A stretch of 64,000 nucleotides of DNA. It comes from Spirochaetia bacterium (GTDB taxonomy: Bacteria > Spirochaetota > Spirochaetia > SP-2023). Under the pieces are notes generated by a model. That model saw only the letters and a program-made list of their open reading frames with translations, was not told the origin of the DNA and did no database searches. Location of the stretch: contig OZ253665.1 in assembly GCA_965263295.1 (NCBI GenBank), forward strand, positions 2,272,001 through 2,336,000, written 5' to 3'. The position numbers were made by a program, and so were the translations under genes. Positions 10,339 through 20,052 of this stretch are shown here, one piece after another. Position 1 is the stretch's first letter. Every line of letters starts with the position of its first letter.

Positions 10339-11236
10339 AGCGCAAATTCTGCGCAGCAAGAACGAAATTGCCGAATTATTTGCCCATGCCAGAAAAGATC
10401 AGACAATTGGAGTCGTAGAAGCCGCAACCAGGCGTTGTGACTCTTCTGGCGGGTTTATTGGGTGTGCCGCAGATCTAGAAGATTTCCTGTTGAAGCGCTT
10501 CGCCAAGAATCCTTCCCTGTGTGGTAGCGTGCGGCGGGACGGCTTGAAGCTGGTTTTTATAGCCAGGTTTGTCGATAGCTGTTCAAGTTCCCCTGCGGGA
10601 CCTATGACGCTTGACAATGATCCATTTGCGGAGTTTCCTGCCGAGAAGATATCTTGTCCGCAGCTGGATAAATTTTTTGTCAGTCCTGTCCGGCGTCTGG
10701 GTTCTGCCGTTCAGCGCAATCGGGCCAAGCGCTTGCAGCGTGAATTATTTCGCCACACTAAAATTGTGCTGCGCTCTGTCGCCCGAAGCGCGGCGGATCA
10801 GGCGGGCCGGCAATTTGCTCAGCTGCTTGGAGCCCGCGATTCAGAACCATACCGCGCGGCATTGTCTCGTTGTGAGGGGCGTTTAAACTACCACTGGGGC
10901 TGGGTGGTTTATCAGTTCGCGGGACCCGCCGATGGCTCTTCTGATGGCTCTTCTGACGGCTTGGGTTCGTCAGGGGCCTTGTCTGGGTGCCAAACTCGCG
11001 TGACGCCGGCAGTTTCACGCGGAGTCGGTCGGCAAGTGGCCGGTTTTTGGCCTGAGAGCTGGCAGATGACTCAAGACCCTTGTTTTGTCGCTGAACTTGT
11101 TCGCTATGAGGCGGCGCTGAAGGCCCTGGAGCGTCACTTGCGCAAGCGATGGTTGCACGTCCTGGGTGAAGGGGGCTGGCGAAGGGACGGGCGAGGGTAT
11201 GGACAAAGCGGAGCTACCGAAGCGCTGGGCCAGTAA
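10319..11236 (+). CDS. rnpA: Ribonuclease P protein component, greatly expanded (305 aa)
   Basis: Position after rpmH; N-terminal [21 protein letters not shown] motif [22 protein letters not shown]. Confidence 0.8.
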   Translation: MRRSLTRAQILRSKNEIAELFAHARKDQTIGVVEAATRRCDSSGGFIGCAADLEDFLLKRFAKNPSLCGSVRRDGLKLVFIARFVDSCSSSPAGPMTLDNDPFAEFPAEKISCPQLDKFFVSPVRRLGSAVQRNRAKRLQRELFRHTKIVLRSVARSAADQAGRQFAQLLGARDSEPYRAALSRCEGRLNYHWGWVVYQFAGPADGSSDGSSDGLGSSGALSGCQTRVTPAVSRGVGRQVAGFWPESWQMTQDPCFVAELVRYEAALKALERHLRKRWLHVLGEGGWRRDGRGYGQSGATEALGQ

Positions 11237-11247
11237 GTTGGGCGATA

Positions 11248-11628
11248 TTGAGTAGACAATTTGGACGTACTGGAAGAATATTTGTGGACGAACCGCTGAG
11301 ACATTTGCCTAGAAAGCCCTCTGTGTGGGTTCGCCTGCAGTCAGTGCCACCTCTGCGCTGGTTGCGTGGGTTCTTTGCGCGCTGTTCGTTTGTCCTGTGT
11401 TGTGCGCTGCGCTGTGCCATTAAGTTTTATTCATATTTTATATCTCCGATGTTGCCCCAAAGTTGTCGCTTTTATCCTCGTTGTTCCAGCTACTGGCTGG
11501 AGTGCCTTGAGCGCCACGGTCTGTGGCGCGGCGTCGGCCTGGGGTTGCGTCGCATACTGCGCTGTCACCCCTGGCATCCTGGGGGGTACGACCCCGTGCC
11601 TGAAAAAAAGGAAACACCTAATGAGTAG
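11248..11628 (+). CDS. yidD: Membrane protein insertion efficiency factor YidD (start uncertain)
   Basis: [15 protein letters not shown] and [17 protein letters not shown]. Confidence 0.92.
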   Translation: MSRQFGRTGRIFVDEPLRHLPRKPSVWVRLQSVPPLRWLRGFFARCSFVLCCALRCAIKFYSYFISPMLPQSCRFYPRCSSYWLECLERHGLWRGVGLGLRRILRCHPWHPGGYDPVPEKKETPNE

Positions 11629-13660
11629 ACAAGCTCCCGACCACGCCAAAAAAATGCAGAGAATAGGACTGGCCGTATTGACGGTTTTATTCGGTGCCTG
11701 GTTTTATTATCAGAGCCGGTCGGCATCTGAACTAGAAGAGCATACTGCGGGCGATCAAGCCGCTAGCCAAAGCCGTGTGTCTGGCGCTCAAGGTCAGGAC
11801 AAGGCTTTGGGTATGGCAGAGGTCCCCCTGCAGTTGGCGACTATGGTTGTCGATTCCATAGATCCTGTGGATTCCGTCGATTCCGGGGCGAAAGAGAACG
11901 GCAAGGATGGAAGCCCGTCTCTGTCTCCGGCAACTTTGAGTAGTACGCCGGTCATTGTCGAAACGGACGTTTACCGCGCTACGTTGAATCCGTTGGGCGG
12001 AGTAATGACGTCTCTGATTTTAAAGCGGCATCTGAATAACGGCCAGCCGCTGGAGATGGTTTGGAGTGCCGGCTCCGAGCGTTATCCTTTTACCTTTTAC
12101 CTGGGAGACTACCGCAATGGGCAAGCCGTATTGCTGCCGTCCCGCGTCGAGCAGATAGGGGAGCTGGCTTATCGTTTCACCACAGAGTTTACGGCTGGTG
12201 AGAGCGATGACGTTTTGGTTTTGGAGAAAACTCTAGAATTTGTGCGCAGCGAGTATATGGTTAAAGTTGGCGTACGCCTGCAATACAGATCGGGTGCCGT
12301 GTTGCCGCAAAACTCTCGACAGGTGATTTACAGCCTCTATTATGGTCCGCAGATCGGCCCGGAGGTGGATCATATAGGCCGTAACCGCACTGCGACAGAT
12401 ATGCGTACTTACGTTTATTACGATGGCAGGAAGAGTAAAACTATTTCGTTGAATCGGAATAGCCGCGATAAATATTTGGATAGTAGTCCGATCTGGGCTG
12501 GGGTTAGCGGTAAATATCTTGGAGTTTTTGGCTTACCTAGCCGCAACCTCGACGTCTACTGGTCGGGTGCCGATGTCGCGGGCTTAGGTCTGGATGCTAC
12601 GGGGAGCCGGTTGCCCAGCTCGCAGTTTCTGTTTGAGCGCCGCAGTGCGCGCGCCGGCGACCAGGGCGATAATCTGGTGGATGACAGCTTCTACTATTAT
12701 ATCGGTCCCTTGATCGCCGATGAGTTGGCGGTCTTCAACAAATCCAGTGACAACGAATTCGGCCTGTCCGATGCGGGCCTGAACACGATGGTTAAGTTTC
12801 GACTCGGTTTTATCGAGGAACCGGTGCGCTGGATTTTAAGTTTTCTCAATAGTTTTACGCACAACTATGGCGTGGCCATTATTATCTTTGCCTTGATAAT
12901 ACGCCTGTTACTTTTTCCTTTGACTTTAAAATCGTATAAGTCGATGTGCCGGATGCGTTTGTTGCAACCCAAAATTAAAGAGTTGCAAGATAAACACAAG
13001 GATGACCCGCGGAAACTGCAGCAGGAAATGAGCATGCTATACCGCACGGAAAAAGTTAACCCAATAGGCGGTTGTTTGCCAATTGTATTGCAAATGCCGA
13101 TTTTGATTGCCATTGCCAATCTGTTTTATCGTTACTTTGAACTGCGTGGGGCCAGCTTTATTCCAGGTTGGATCGGCGACCTTTCTTCCCCTGACTTGGT
13201 TTACAGTTTGACTTTGGGTAGCTGGAGTATCCCTTTGCGCCTGTTGCCGCCCATTTATCTGGCGTCACAGCTGCTTTCAAGTAAACTGATGCAAGCCAGC
13301 CAGCCGCCGACGCAAAACAAGATGCAGCAGCGTATTTTTACCGTATTTATGCCAGTTGTGTTCTCCTTTATTTTGTATAATATGCCTTCTGGCCTGCTCC
13401 TGTATTGGACAATTTCGAACATCCTAATGACGGTACAACAATTGCTCATGAATAAATACAGCGGGGACGACGCCATTGCGGTCAAACATGAGGCCGATGC
13501 TTTGATAGCCCGGAAGAACCGGGCTTATGTCGCCCACCAAAGTAAACGTGGCAAGATGGAAATTGTCGCCGATAAGGATAGGGGACAGGGGCCTAATAAA
13601 AAAGCTTCCCAGTCTGTAGGCAAGGGCTCTAATGTGGAGAAGGGCAAGTTAAGTAGATAA
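11621..13660 (+). CDS. yidC: Membrane protein insertase YidC
   Basis: [53 protein letters not shown]. Likely start ATG 11621, overlapping the yidD stop. Confidence 0.95.
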   Translation: MSRQAPDHAKKMQRIGLAVLTVLFGAWFYYQSRSASELEEHTAGDQAASQSRVSGAQGQDKALGMAEVPLQLATMVVDSIDPVDSVDSGAKENGKDGSPSLSPATLSSTPVIVETDVYRATLNPLGGVMTSLILKRHLNNGQPLEMVWSAGSERYPFTFYLGDYRNGQAVLLPSRVEQIGELAYRFTTEFTAGESDDVLVLEKTLEFVRSEYMVKVGVRLQYRSGAVLPQNSRQVIYSLYYGPQIGPEVDHIGRNRTATDMRTYVYYDGRKSKTISLNRNSRDKYLDSSPIWAGVSGKYLGVFGLPSRNLDVYWSGADVAGLGLDATGSRLPSSQFLFERRSARAGDQGDNLVDDSFYYYIGPLIADELAVFNKSSDNEFGLSDAGLNTMVKFRLGFIEEPVRWILSFLNSFTHNYGVAIIIFALIIRLLLFPLTLKSYKSMCRMRLLQPKIKELQDKHKDDPRKLQQEMSMLYRTEKVNPIGGCLPIVLQMPILIAIANLFYRYFELRGASFIPGWIGDLSSPDLVYSLTLGSWSIPLRLLPPIYLASQLLSSKLMQASQPPTQNKMQQRIFTVFMPVVFSFILYNMPSGLLLYWTISNILMTVQQLLMNKYSGDDAIAVKHEADALIARKNRAYVAHQSKRGKMEIVADKDRGQGPNKKASQSVGKGSNVEKGKLSR

Positions 13661-13727
13661 ATAATGAAGCAAGCAGCCCTCCCTTGCCGTTTGGGCAATT
13701 TGGGGGCAGATAAGGAGTTTGCGTAAT

Positions 13728-14477
13728 ATGTATGAATTTACGGGCAAGACCGAGCAAGAAGCGATTGAGCGTGCCAGCGAAGCTTTGGGATTGGACAGCA
13801 GTCAGTTTGACGTAGAAATCCTGGGGAATGAAGGAGGTTTCTTCCGCAGGGGCGGTGTGCGCATCCGCGTTTATCCACATCATAAGGAAGCGCCGGAATT
13901 TTTAAATGATATTGAAGGTTCCTATTCGGTGGATGAAGACGAGGACAGTTCAGAACTGGATGAACTGCTGGAGTGGGAAGAGCTGAAGGAGCCGCGTGAA
14001 TGGGAGATTAGACTGCGAGACTTTATGCAGGAGTTACTGCGCCGCATGGGCCAGGATGCCAAGATTCAGCTATATAGCCGCTCTAATCAGCGACTGCTGC
14101 TAAGCATACAGGCTTCCAGCGATCCCTCGCAGCTGATTGGCAAACACGGTAAGCATCTGGAGGCCATGCAGGTTGTGCTCAACGCTTATCTGGGACGCTT
14201 ACACGACGAAGAGAATGAAGTCCCTGCAGATTTGAGGGCGCAACTTGATGTCAGTGGCTACCGCAAGCGCCGCGAAGCCAAGCTAATTAAAATAGCCAGG
14301 GAAATAGCGGCTCAAGTTGAGAGTCACAAGAGTTCACGTCTGTTAGAGGCCATGAACCCTTTTGAGCGCCGCATTATTCACAAGGCTCTGAACGATTTGC
14401 CCAATATATCGACCTCCAGCGAAGGAGAAGGTAACTATAAGCAGATCCGCATTATGTATCGAGGCGGCCCGCTCTGA
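13728..14477 (+). CDS. jag: Jag/KhpB/EloR RNA-binding protein (Jag_N, KH, R3H)
   Basis: FTGKT.QEAI..A, LIGKHGK.LEA.Q (KH) and MNPFERRIIH (R3H). AAGGAG precedes ATG 13728. Confidence 0.93.
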   Translation: MYEFTGKTEQEAIERASEALGLDSSQFDVEILGNEGGFFRRGGVRIRVYPHHKEAPEFLNDIEGSYSVDEDEDSSELDELLEWEELKEPREWEIRLRDFMQELLRRMGQDAKIQLYSRSNQRLLLSIQASSDPSQLIGKHGKHLEAMQVVLNAYLGRLHDEENEVPADLRAQLDVSGYRKRREAKLIKIAREIAAQVESHKSSRLLEAMNPFERRIIHKALNDLPNISTSSEGEGNYKQIRIMYRGGPL

Positions 14478-14561
14478 GTGTTTTGAGGCTTGATTGCCGC
14501 CAGTGCCTGAATTTTGCCGAAATAAGACTTGACCTCTGAGGATAATTTGAGGCGATCAGGG

Positions 14562-14610
14562 GGCAGAGCCGCGTTCAATTTGCTATTTCTAAATTAAACG
14601 CGGCTCTGCC
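14562..14610. terminator. 20-bp-stem hairpin after jag (possible terminator)
   Basis: GGCAGAGCCGCGTTCAATTT...AAATTAAACGCGGCTCTGCC, one mismatch, 9-nt loop; weak U-tract. Confidence 0.6.
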
Positions 14611-15276
14611 GGCTTGTGTTTTGCAGAGACATACGATTGGCGCACTTAATCCCCTATCTTCTTTCTGTATTTGTAAATAAATTCTTTTGTAAGCTTCAAT
14701 TTTTGTCCTCCAATTTCAGGAAAGACCCGGCTCAGGGTCTGACTCTGGGCTTGAAGATCGCCCAACTATGGTCCGCTTAGGGGAGAAAGTAGCCCTCAGG
14801 CAATCCAGCGCAAAAACTCTCAATAAGTTTGCGCGGATTGGCCTGTGGCATGTTCAAGGATGCAGCTTGCCTTGGACGTTACCTTGAACGCCGAAAAATA
14901 CGAAAGCTGGAAGGCTGAAAAGACAAGGGCGCAAATAATTCCCATTGCCAGGCTTAAAGGGTTTGCTAAGAAGCTAGATGAGAGTCAAGCTAAATTACAA
15001 GATTTATAACCCCAAAATAAATTATCATTCAGTTATTTTGATTTGGCGGCGTTTGTTACTTAATGCAACTATAGTAATTTTGGTCTATTTATTAATGTTA
15101 CAGATTTTGCAAAATACTTGTGAATTTTATTCATTTTCGTAAAATAAAGTTTAAATATTTTACTCAGATTTTACAGATTTCTTGAATTCCAATCATGAGA
15201 TTCTGGAAATTTTCAGTTATAGAAGTTTATCATGTTTAGCAATCGAGAATTATTGAATATAAAGGAATTTGTTCCA

Positions 15277-15558
15277 ATGAAAAAGCGAAATAATAACACG
15301 AGTAGACGAAGAATCACATTTAGTTTGTACGAAGATACTGGTTATGAAGTCTTTTTGGCTGGGGACTTTAATAACTGGAAGCCGGAGCTCATGAATTATA
15401 TAGACAAGAGCCGAAAGTTCGAGAAGGTTAAAATGCTGAAGCCGGGGCGTTATGAATATAAGTTTGTGGTCAATGGCGATTGGCGTGTGGATGCCAGCAA
15501 TGACAACTTTGCGTATAATGATCAAGGTTCCATGAATAGTATGTTGATAGTAGAATGA
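15277..15558 (+). CDS. Stand-alone glycogen-binding (CBM48 / AMPK-beta-like) protein
   Basis: V.LAGDFNNW, L.PGRYEYKFVVNG.W..D..N motifs; AAGGA upstream of ATG 15277. Confidence 0.88.
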   Translation: MKKRNNNTSRRRITFSLYEDTGYEVFLAGDFNNWKPELMNYIDKSRKFEKVKMLKPGRYEYKFVVNGDWRVDASNDNFAYNDQGSMNSMLIVE

Positions 15559-15663
15559 AAGCTTATTTGTAAATAGGGTCTCTTTCGGGTTTTTTTATTC
15601 CTGGAAATCACAACTGAGTTCGTCCAGATCAATTGAATATCGCTTTATTCACGAGGAGTATAT

Positions 15664-18231
15664 ATGAAGCAACCCAACTTTATACGGATTATGGTCCGAC
15701 CGAGATTGCCAGAGGCTCTTAAAATGCTTGAATTGCTGGTGAATGATACGCGCTGGAGCTGGTACCCCGGAGCGTTTGACTTGTTCCGAATGATTGATCC
15801 GGAATTGTGGTGGTCTTCAAAACACGCTCCCAAGGTATTTCTAAGTCGGATCAATTATGACCGTTTGGAAGATATCGCTCATGATACCAAGTTCATGTCG
15901 ATGTGCCAAACGGTTTGTGATCGCTACCAGAGGGAAATTGGTCCGCGCCCCGAGGTCCCTTTGGTCGATAGAGATTCCAGGCGTAATTGTGTGGCATACT
16001 TCAGCCTGGAATTTGGCATCCATGAAAGTTTGCCTTTATATTCTGGTGGCCTTGGCATTTTGGCGGGCGATCACCTGAAGTCCGCGAGCGACTTGAAGCT
16101 GCCATTGGTGGCTGTAGGGTTGTTTTATTGTCACGGGTACTTCGATCAGACTATCGATTCTAATGGCTGGCAGGTAGAAGAATATGCGAATAATGACTTT
16201 GACATGATCCCTGTCTTGCCGGTCAAGGATCGGCAAGGCAAGCAAATGCAGGTGCAAGTACCCCTGTTGGACCAAACCTTGCATGCCCAGGTTTGGGAAT
16301 TGCGCGTGGGCAATGTGTCCCTTTACCTTTTGGATGCCGATATTGTCGAGAATTCGCCGGAACTTCGGCGGGTGACTTTACAGCTTTATGGCGGAGATCG
16401 CACAATGCGCCTGCAGCAAGAACTGCTGCTTGGCATTGGGGGGTACCAGGCATTGGTGCAGATGAACTATTTGCCACATGCTTGTCACATGAATGAAGGG
16501 CATTCGGCCTTCTTGAGCATTGCTCGTATTTCAGACCTGCAGAAGCGCTACCAATTATCGTTGGATGAGGCACTGGAGTTGAACCATCAGACGAATATTT
16601 TTACCACGCATACTCCGGTGCCCGCCGGGAACGAAGCCTTCGGCGTCGATCTTGTGCGTCCATATCTCAATCGGGTACTCGCGGACAATGAATTGACTGC
16701 GGACCGAGTCATCGGTTTTGGCCAGGCCGCGGGTTATGACAGCTCCAAGCTTTCCATGACCATTCTGGGGCTGCGTTGCGCGGCATTTGCCAATGGTGTG
16801 AGCCAGCTGCACGGCGCGGTTTCGCGCGACATGTGGCAACACGTCTGGTCTGAACTCCCCGTGGCTGAGGTGCCAATTGGAGCTATCACCAATGGTGTCC
16901 ATCCCGGCTCCTGGGTTTCCACATACAATCACAACTTATTTAGTATTTATTTGGGCGTCAATTGGGAGATGAAAACCGACTGGCAGGAGGAGGAATTGGC
17001 TAACGTCGACTGCATTCCCGATTACGAGTTGCTTAGGGCCCACAGCCTGTCGAAGGGGATGCTCGTGGAACAAGCGCGAATGATTATGCAGCACCACTCG
17101 CACCAAGTGCGTAGCAGTATGTCGTCCCAAGTGCTCACTATCGGTTTTGCCCGCCGCTTTGCGACTTATAAGCGCGCGACTTTGCTGTTGCGCGATCCTG
17201 ATCGTTTGGAGCGTATTATCCGCAACTCTAATCAGCCCGTGCAGTTTATTTTTGCCGGCAAGGCCCACCCCGCGGATGAACCGGGCAAGCATCTGATTCA
17301 AAGCATCATCCGTTTTGCTCGGGACCGCAACTTGGAACACGCGTTTGTTTTTCTGGATAATTACAATATTCAAGTTGCCCGCCTCTTGGTGCAGGGTGTC
17401 GATGTCTGGCTAAACAACCCGATTCGCCCCGAGGAGGCCAGTGGCACTTCCGGCATGAAAGCCGCGATGAATGGCGTGCCTAATTTCTCTATCCTCGACG
17501 GCTGGTGGGAGGAGGGTTACCACAAGAGTTGTGGTTGGAAAATTGAAAATTCAAAGTGCCTCGAGCCAAACCAACGTGACGCGGAAGAGGCCGAAAGTTT
17601 ATATCAGACCTTGGAAAATGAAATTGTTCCGGCTTATTACTTCCGTGAAAACGAAGTACAAACTTTATGGGTGCGTTACATGAAGAATGCCATCAAGCGC
17701 AGCTTGCATGCCTTTTCGAGTCATCGCATGGTTAGCGACTATCATAAGCGGTATTACCAGCCGGCCATGAATCGTTATGAAAAGTTGACCGCGAACAATG
17801 CCGTCAGCTTGCGTGAGTTTTACCAGAAGAAGTTGCAGGTGTTGCAGGAGATGCAGCATGTTCGCATTTTCTCCCCGGTGTTGTACGCCGAGGGCAAGGA
17901 GCAGGGAGTTCATGACGATTTGGTATTTGACAGTAACGAGGTATTAGATGTGCGCGTCGCGGTGGAGCATGACAAATTGGCGGCTGAAGATTTGGTCGTC
18001 GAGCTTTACCTCGCTCCTTGTGGCTGGGTGGGTGAAGATTTCGCATTTGGCCGCATTCAGGAGCGGGGCAAGGTGTTCATTATGAAGTTGCGCGAAGGCA
18101 ATGGCAAACGTAGTAGTTTTGGTTACTTGTTAAGTTGCGCCCAGATTCGCAGCAGTGCGGTCGGTGTGCGGGTCTGTCCCAAGGAAGCGACCCTGCGGGA
18201 CATGAGCCCCGGCTATATGGTCTGGTATTAG
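15664..18231 (+). CDS. glgP: Alpha-glucan (glycogen) phosphorylase
   Basis: AYFSLEFG, YSGGLGILAGDHLKSASD, HMNEGH, ITNGVH, GFARRFATYKR, EASGTSGMKAA.NG. Confidence 0.95.
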   Translation: MKQPNFIRIMVRPRLPEALKMLELLVNDTRWSWYPGAFDLFRMIDPELWWSSKHAPKVFLSRINYDRLEDIAHDTKFMSMCQTVCDRYQREIGPRPEVPLVDRDSRRNCVAYFSLEFGIHESLPLYSGGLGILAGDHLKSASDLKLPLVAVGLFYCHGYFDQTIDSNGWQVEEYANNDFDMIPVLPVKDRQGKQMQVQVPLLDQTLHAQVWELRVGNVSLYLLDADIVENSPELRRVTLQLYGGDRTMRLQQELLLGIGGYQALVQMNYLPHACHMNEGHSAFLSIARISDLQKRYQLSLDEALELNHQTNIFTTHTPVPAGNEAFGVDLVRPYLNRVLADNELTADRVIGFGQAAGYDSSKLSMTILGLRCAAFANGVSQLHGAVSRDMWQHVWSELPVAEVPIGAITNGVHPGSWVSTYNHNLFSIYLGVNWEMKTDWQEEELANVDCIPDYELLRAHSLSKGMLVEQARMIMQHHSHQVRSSMSSQVLTIGFARRFATYKRATLLLRDPDRLERIIRNSNQPVQFIFAGKAHPADEPGKHLIQSIIRFARDRNLEHAFVFLDNYNIQVARLLVQGVDVWLNNPIRPEEASGTSGMKAAMNGVPNFSILDGWWEEGYHKSCGWKIENSKCLEPNQRDAEEAESLYQTLENEIVPAYYFRENEVQTLWVRYMKNAIKRSLHAFSSHRMVSDYHKRYYQPAMNRYEKLTANNAVSLREFYQKKLQVLQEMQHVRIFSPVLYAEGKEQGVHDDLVFDSNEVLDVRVAVEHDKLAAEDLVVELYLAPCGWVGEDFAFGRIQERGKVFIMKLREGNGKRSSFGYLLSCAQIRSSAVGVRVCPKEATLRDMSPGYMVWY

Positions 18232-18439
18232 GGGCTTGCCAATATTAATGGGGATCCTGAGGGCCCGGTTGCACTAATGGATTGGCCCTTTGGGGTTGCC
18301 ATTTTTGTGGGTTGGCTCTCTTCGCTTGGTTCCTTGGCTTGGCTCTCTCGGCCTGAATCGCGGCCGCGCCTTTGGTCTGGTGGAACTTGGGGACCTTTAT
18401 TTGGGATTAGGATTCTTGCAATATTTGAGGTAGTATAAA

Positions 18440-19981
18440 ATGGCCAAACTAAATCTGTCCAACCGCAAACTGCGCGTTTTGCTGGTGACCCCGGAAATCA
18501 GTTTTATACCCCGCAACATGGGCAAAATTTCGACAATCCTTCAGGTCAAGGGTGGCGGTCTAGCCGACATCAGTAGCGCCCTGGTCGAAGAGCTATTCTC
18601 GCGCAACATGGATATTCATGTTGCCATTCCTCACTACCGTCGTATTTTTAAGCGTGACCCAAGTACTATGGGTTCCAGCGATATGCATTTTTATTATCTG
18701 CATTATTCGGCCGCCGAGAAGGGAAACGAGACCCGTGTCCACTTTGCCGAAGACCGCTGTTTTTATTACCAGGACAGGGTTTATGATGAGCGCAGTGGCC
18801 CGGTATTGAATTTTTCGTTGTCGTTCCAACGCGAAACCATGAACCATATTATCCGCAGGGTGCGCCCGGATATTGTGCATTGCAATGACTGGACGACGGG
18901 TTTAATCCCCGGTTTTACGCGGCGTCTGGGCATTCGTAGTCTGCTGACTGTACACAATATTTATACCCAAAAGACAAGTTTGGCCCATATTGAGGATCGG
19001 GGCATTGACGCGCCACTTTTTTGGCAGAACCTGTTCTACATGAGACCGCCGGAGAACTACGAAGAGAGCCGGGAGCACAACCCCGTGGACTTGCTGTGTT
19101 CGGGCATATATTCCGCCACCCGCATAAATACCGTCTCGGAGGGTTTTCTGCGCGAAGTGGTCGATGGTTTTCACGATGTGCCGCAGAATATTCGTTACGA
19201 GATCCAGCAAAAATATCATCGCGGTTATGCCCACAGCATTCTAAATGCACCGGACTCCAGCTATGGGCCTGCCAGGGATGTGGCCTTGCGCGGGGCCCAT
19301 TACGACGCTGAAGATGATGTGATTGCGAAAAAGGCGGAACTGAAGTGCCAGGTTCAAAAAAAGTTTGGTTTGAAAGTAAATGCTCGCGCCCCGTTGTTTT
19401 TCTGGCCATCGCGGCTTGACCCGACGCAAAAGGGCTGTGAACTGTTGGCCGAGATTTTTTGCCATTTCATCACCGCGCACAAAGAGCAGGACCCACAGAT
19501 TTTTATCGTGGCCGACGGACCTTATTACGAAGTATTGCACGATATCATCCACTACCACAGAATGTTTGGGAATGCCGTAATTTGTCCATTTGACGATACC
19601 CTCTCGCGCCGGCTGTATGGAGCCAGTGATTTTATTTTCATGCCTTCGCGTTATGAACCTTGTGGCATGGCCCAGATGATCGCTCAGCTCTATGGTTCCT
19701 TGCCGATTGTGATGGCCACGGGAGGCCTGCGCGACACGGTGGAACACATTCAACTGGACGAAGAGTTGGGGCGGGGCAACGGTTTTTGCTTTGAAACCTA
19801 TGATAGTGGAGGGCTGTGGTGGGCCGCGGCTCAAGCGCTGCAATTTTATCGCCTGGATGCGGCACAGCGCTTGCCGGTCATCCGGCGCGTGATGCGCGAG
19901 GCGCAACAGCGCTATAATATTCAAGCTGTGGCGGATCGCTATGTGGAGCTCTACGAAGCTCTGGCCGGCACGCGGCTTTAG
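18440..19981 (+). CDS. glgA: Glycogen/starch synthase (GT5)
   Basis: K.GGLAD, HCNDW.TGL, T.HN, QKG..LL, MPSRYEPCG.AQM, ATGGL.DTV. Confidence 0.88.
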   Translation: MAKLNLSNRKLRVLLVTPEISFIPRNMGKISTILQVKGGGLADISSALVEELFSRNMDIHVAIPHYRRIFKRDPSTMGSSDMHFYYLHYSAAEKGNETRVHFAEDRCFYYQDRVYDERSGPVLNFSLSFQRETMNHIIRRVRPDIVHCNDWTTGLIPGFTRRLGIRSLLTVHNIYTQKTSLAHIEDRGIDAPLFWQNLFYMRPPENYEESREHNPVDLLCSGIYSATRINTVSEGFLREVVDGFHDVPQNIRYEIQQKYHRGYAHSILNAPDSSYGPARDVALRGAHYDAEDDVIAKKAELKCQVQKKFGLKVNARAPLFFWPSRLDPTQKGCELLAEIFCHFITAHKEQDPQIFIVADGPYYEVLHDIIHYHRMFGNAVICPFDDTLSRRLYGASDFIFMPSRYEPCGMAQMIAQLYGSLPIVMATGGLRDTVEHIQLDEELGRGNGFCFETYDSGGLWWAAAQALQFYRLDAAQRLPVIRRVMREAQQRYNIQAVADRYVELYEALAGTRL

Positions 19982-20052
19982 TTCCTGACTTGCCGTGTGT
20001 TGTGCGAGCGGCAAGGGTGATTTGTGTGCCGGGCCGGGCAGGCTGGCGATAA

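Noticed and set aside
11366..11620. 85-aa N-terminal extension of YidC in the ORF track
   Set aside because: It overlaps yidD in another frame; ATG 11621 with an upstream AAGG is the more plausible start.
14717..14960. RNase P RNA, or glycine/cobalamin riboswitch
   Set aside because: CAGGAAAGACCCGGCTC resembles the rnpB GAGGAAAGTCC motif and CTCAGGCAA a glycine-aptamer word, but the other conserved elements were not found.
13871..15231. Replication origin
   Set aside because: Only one perfect DnaA box was seen (TTATCCACA at 13871, inside jag). The AT-rich 15.0-15.2 kb stretch has no box cluster and dnaA is absent.
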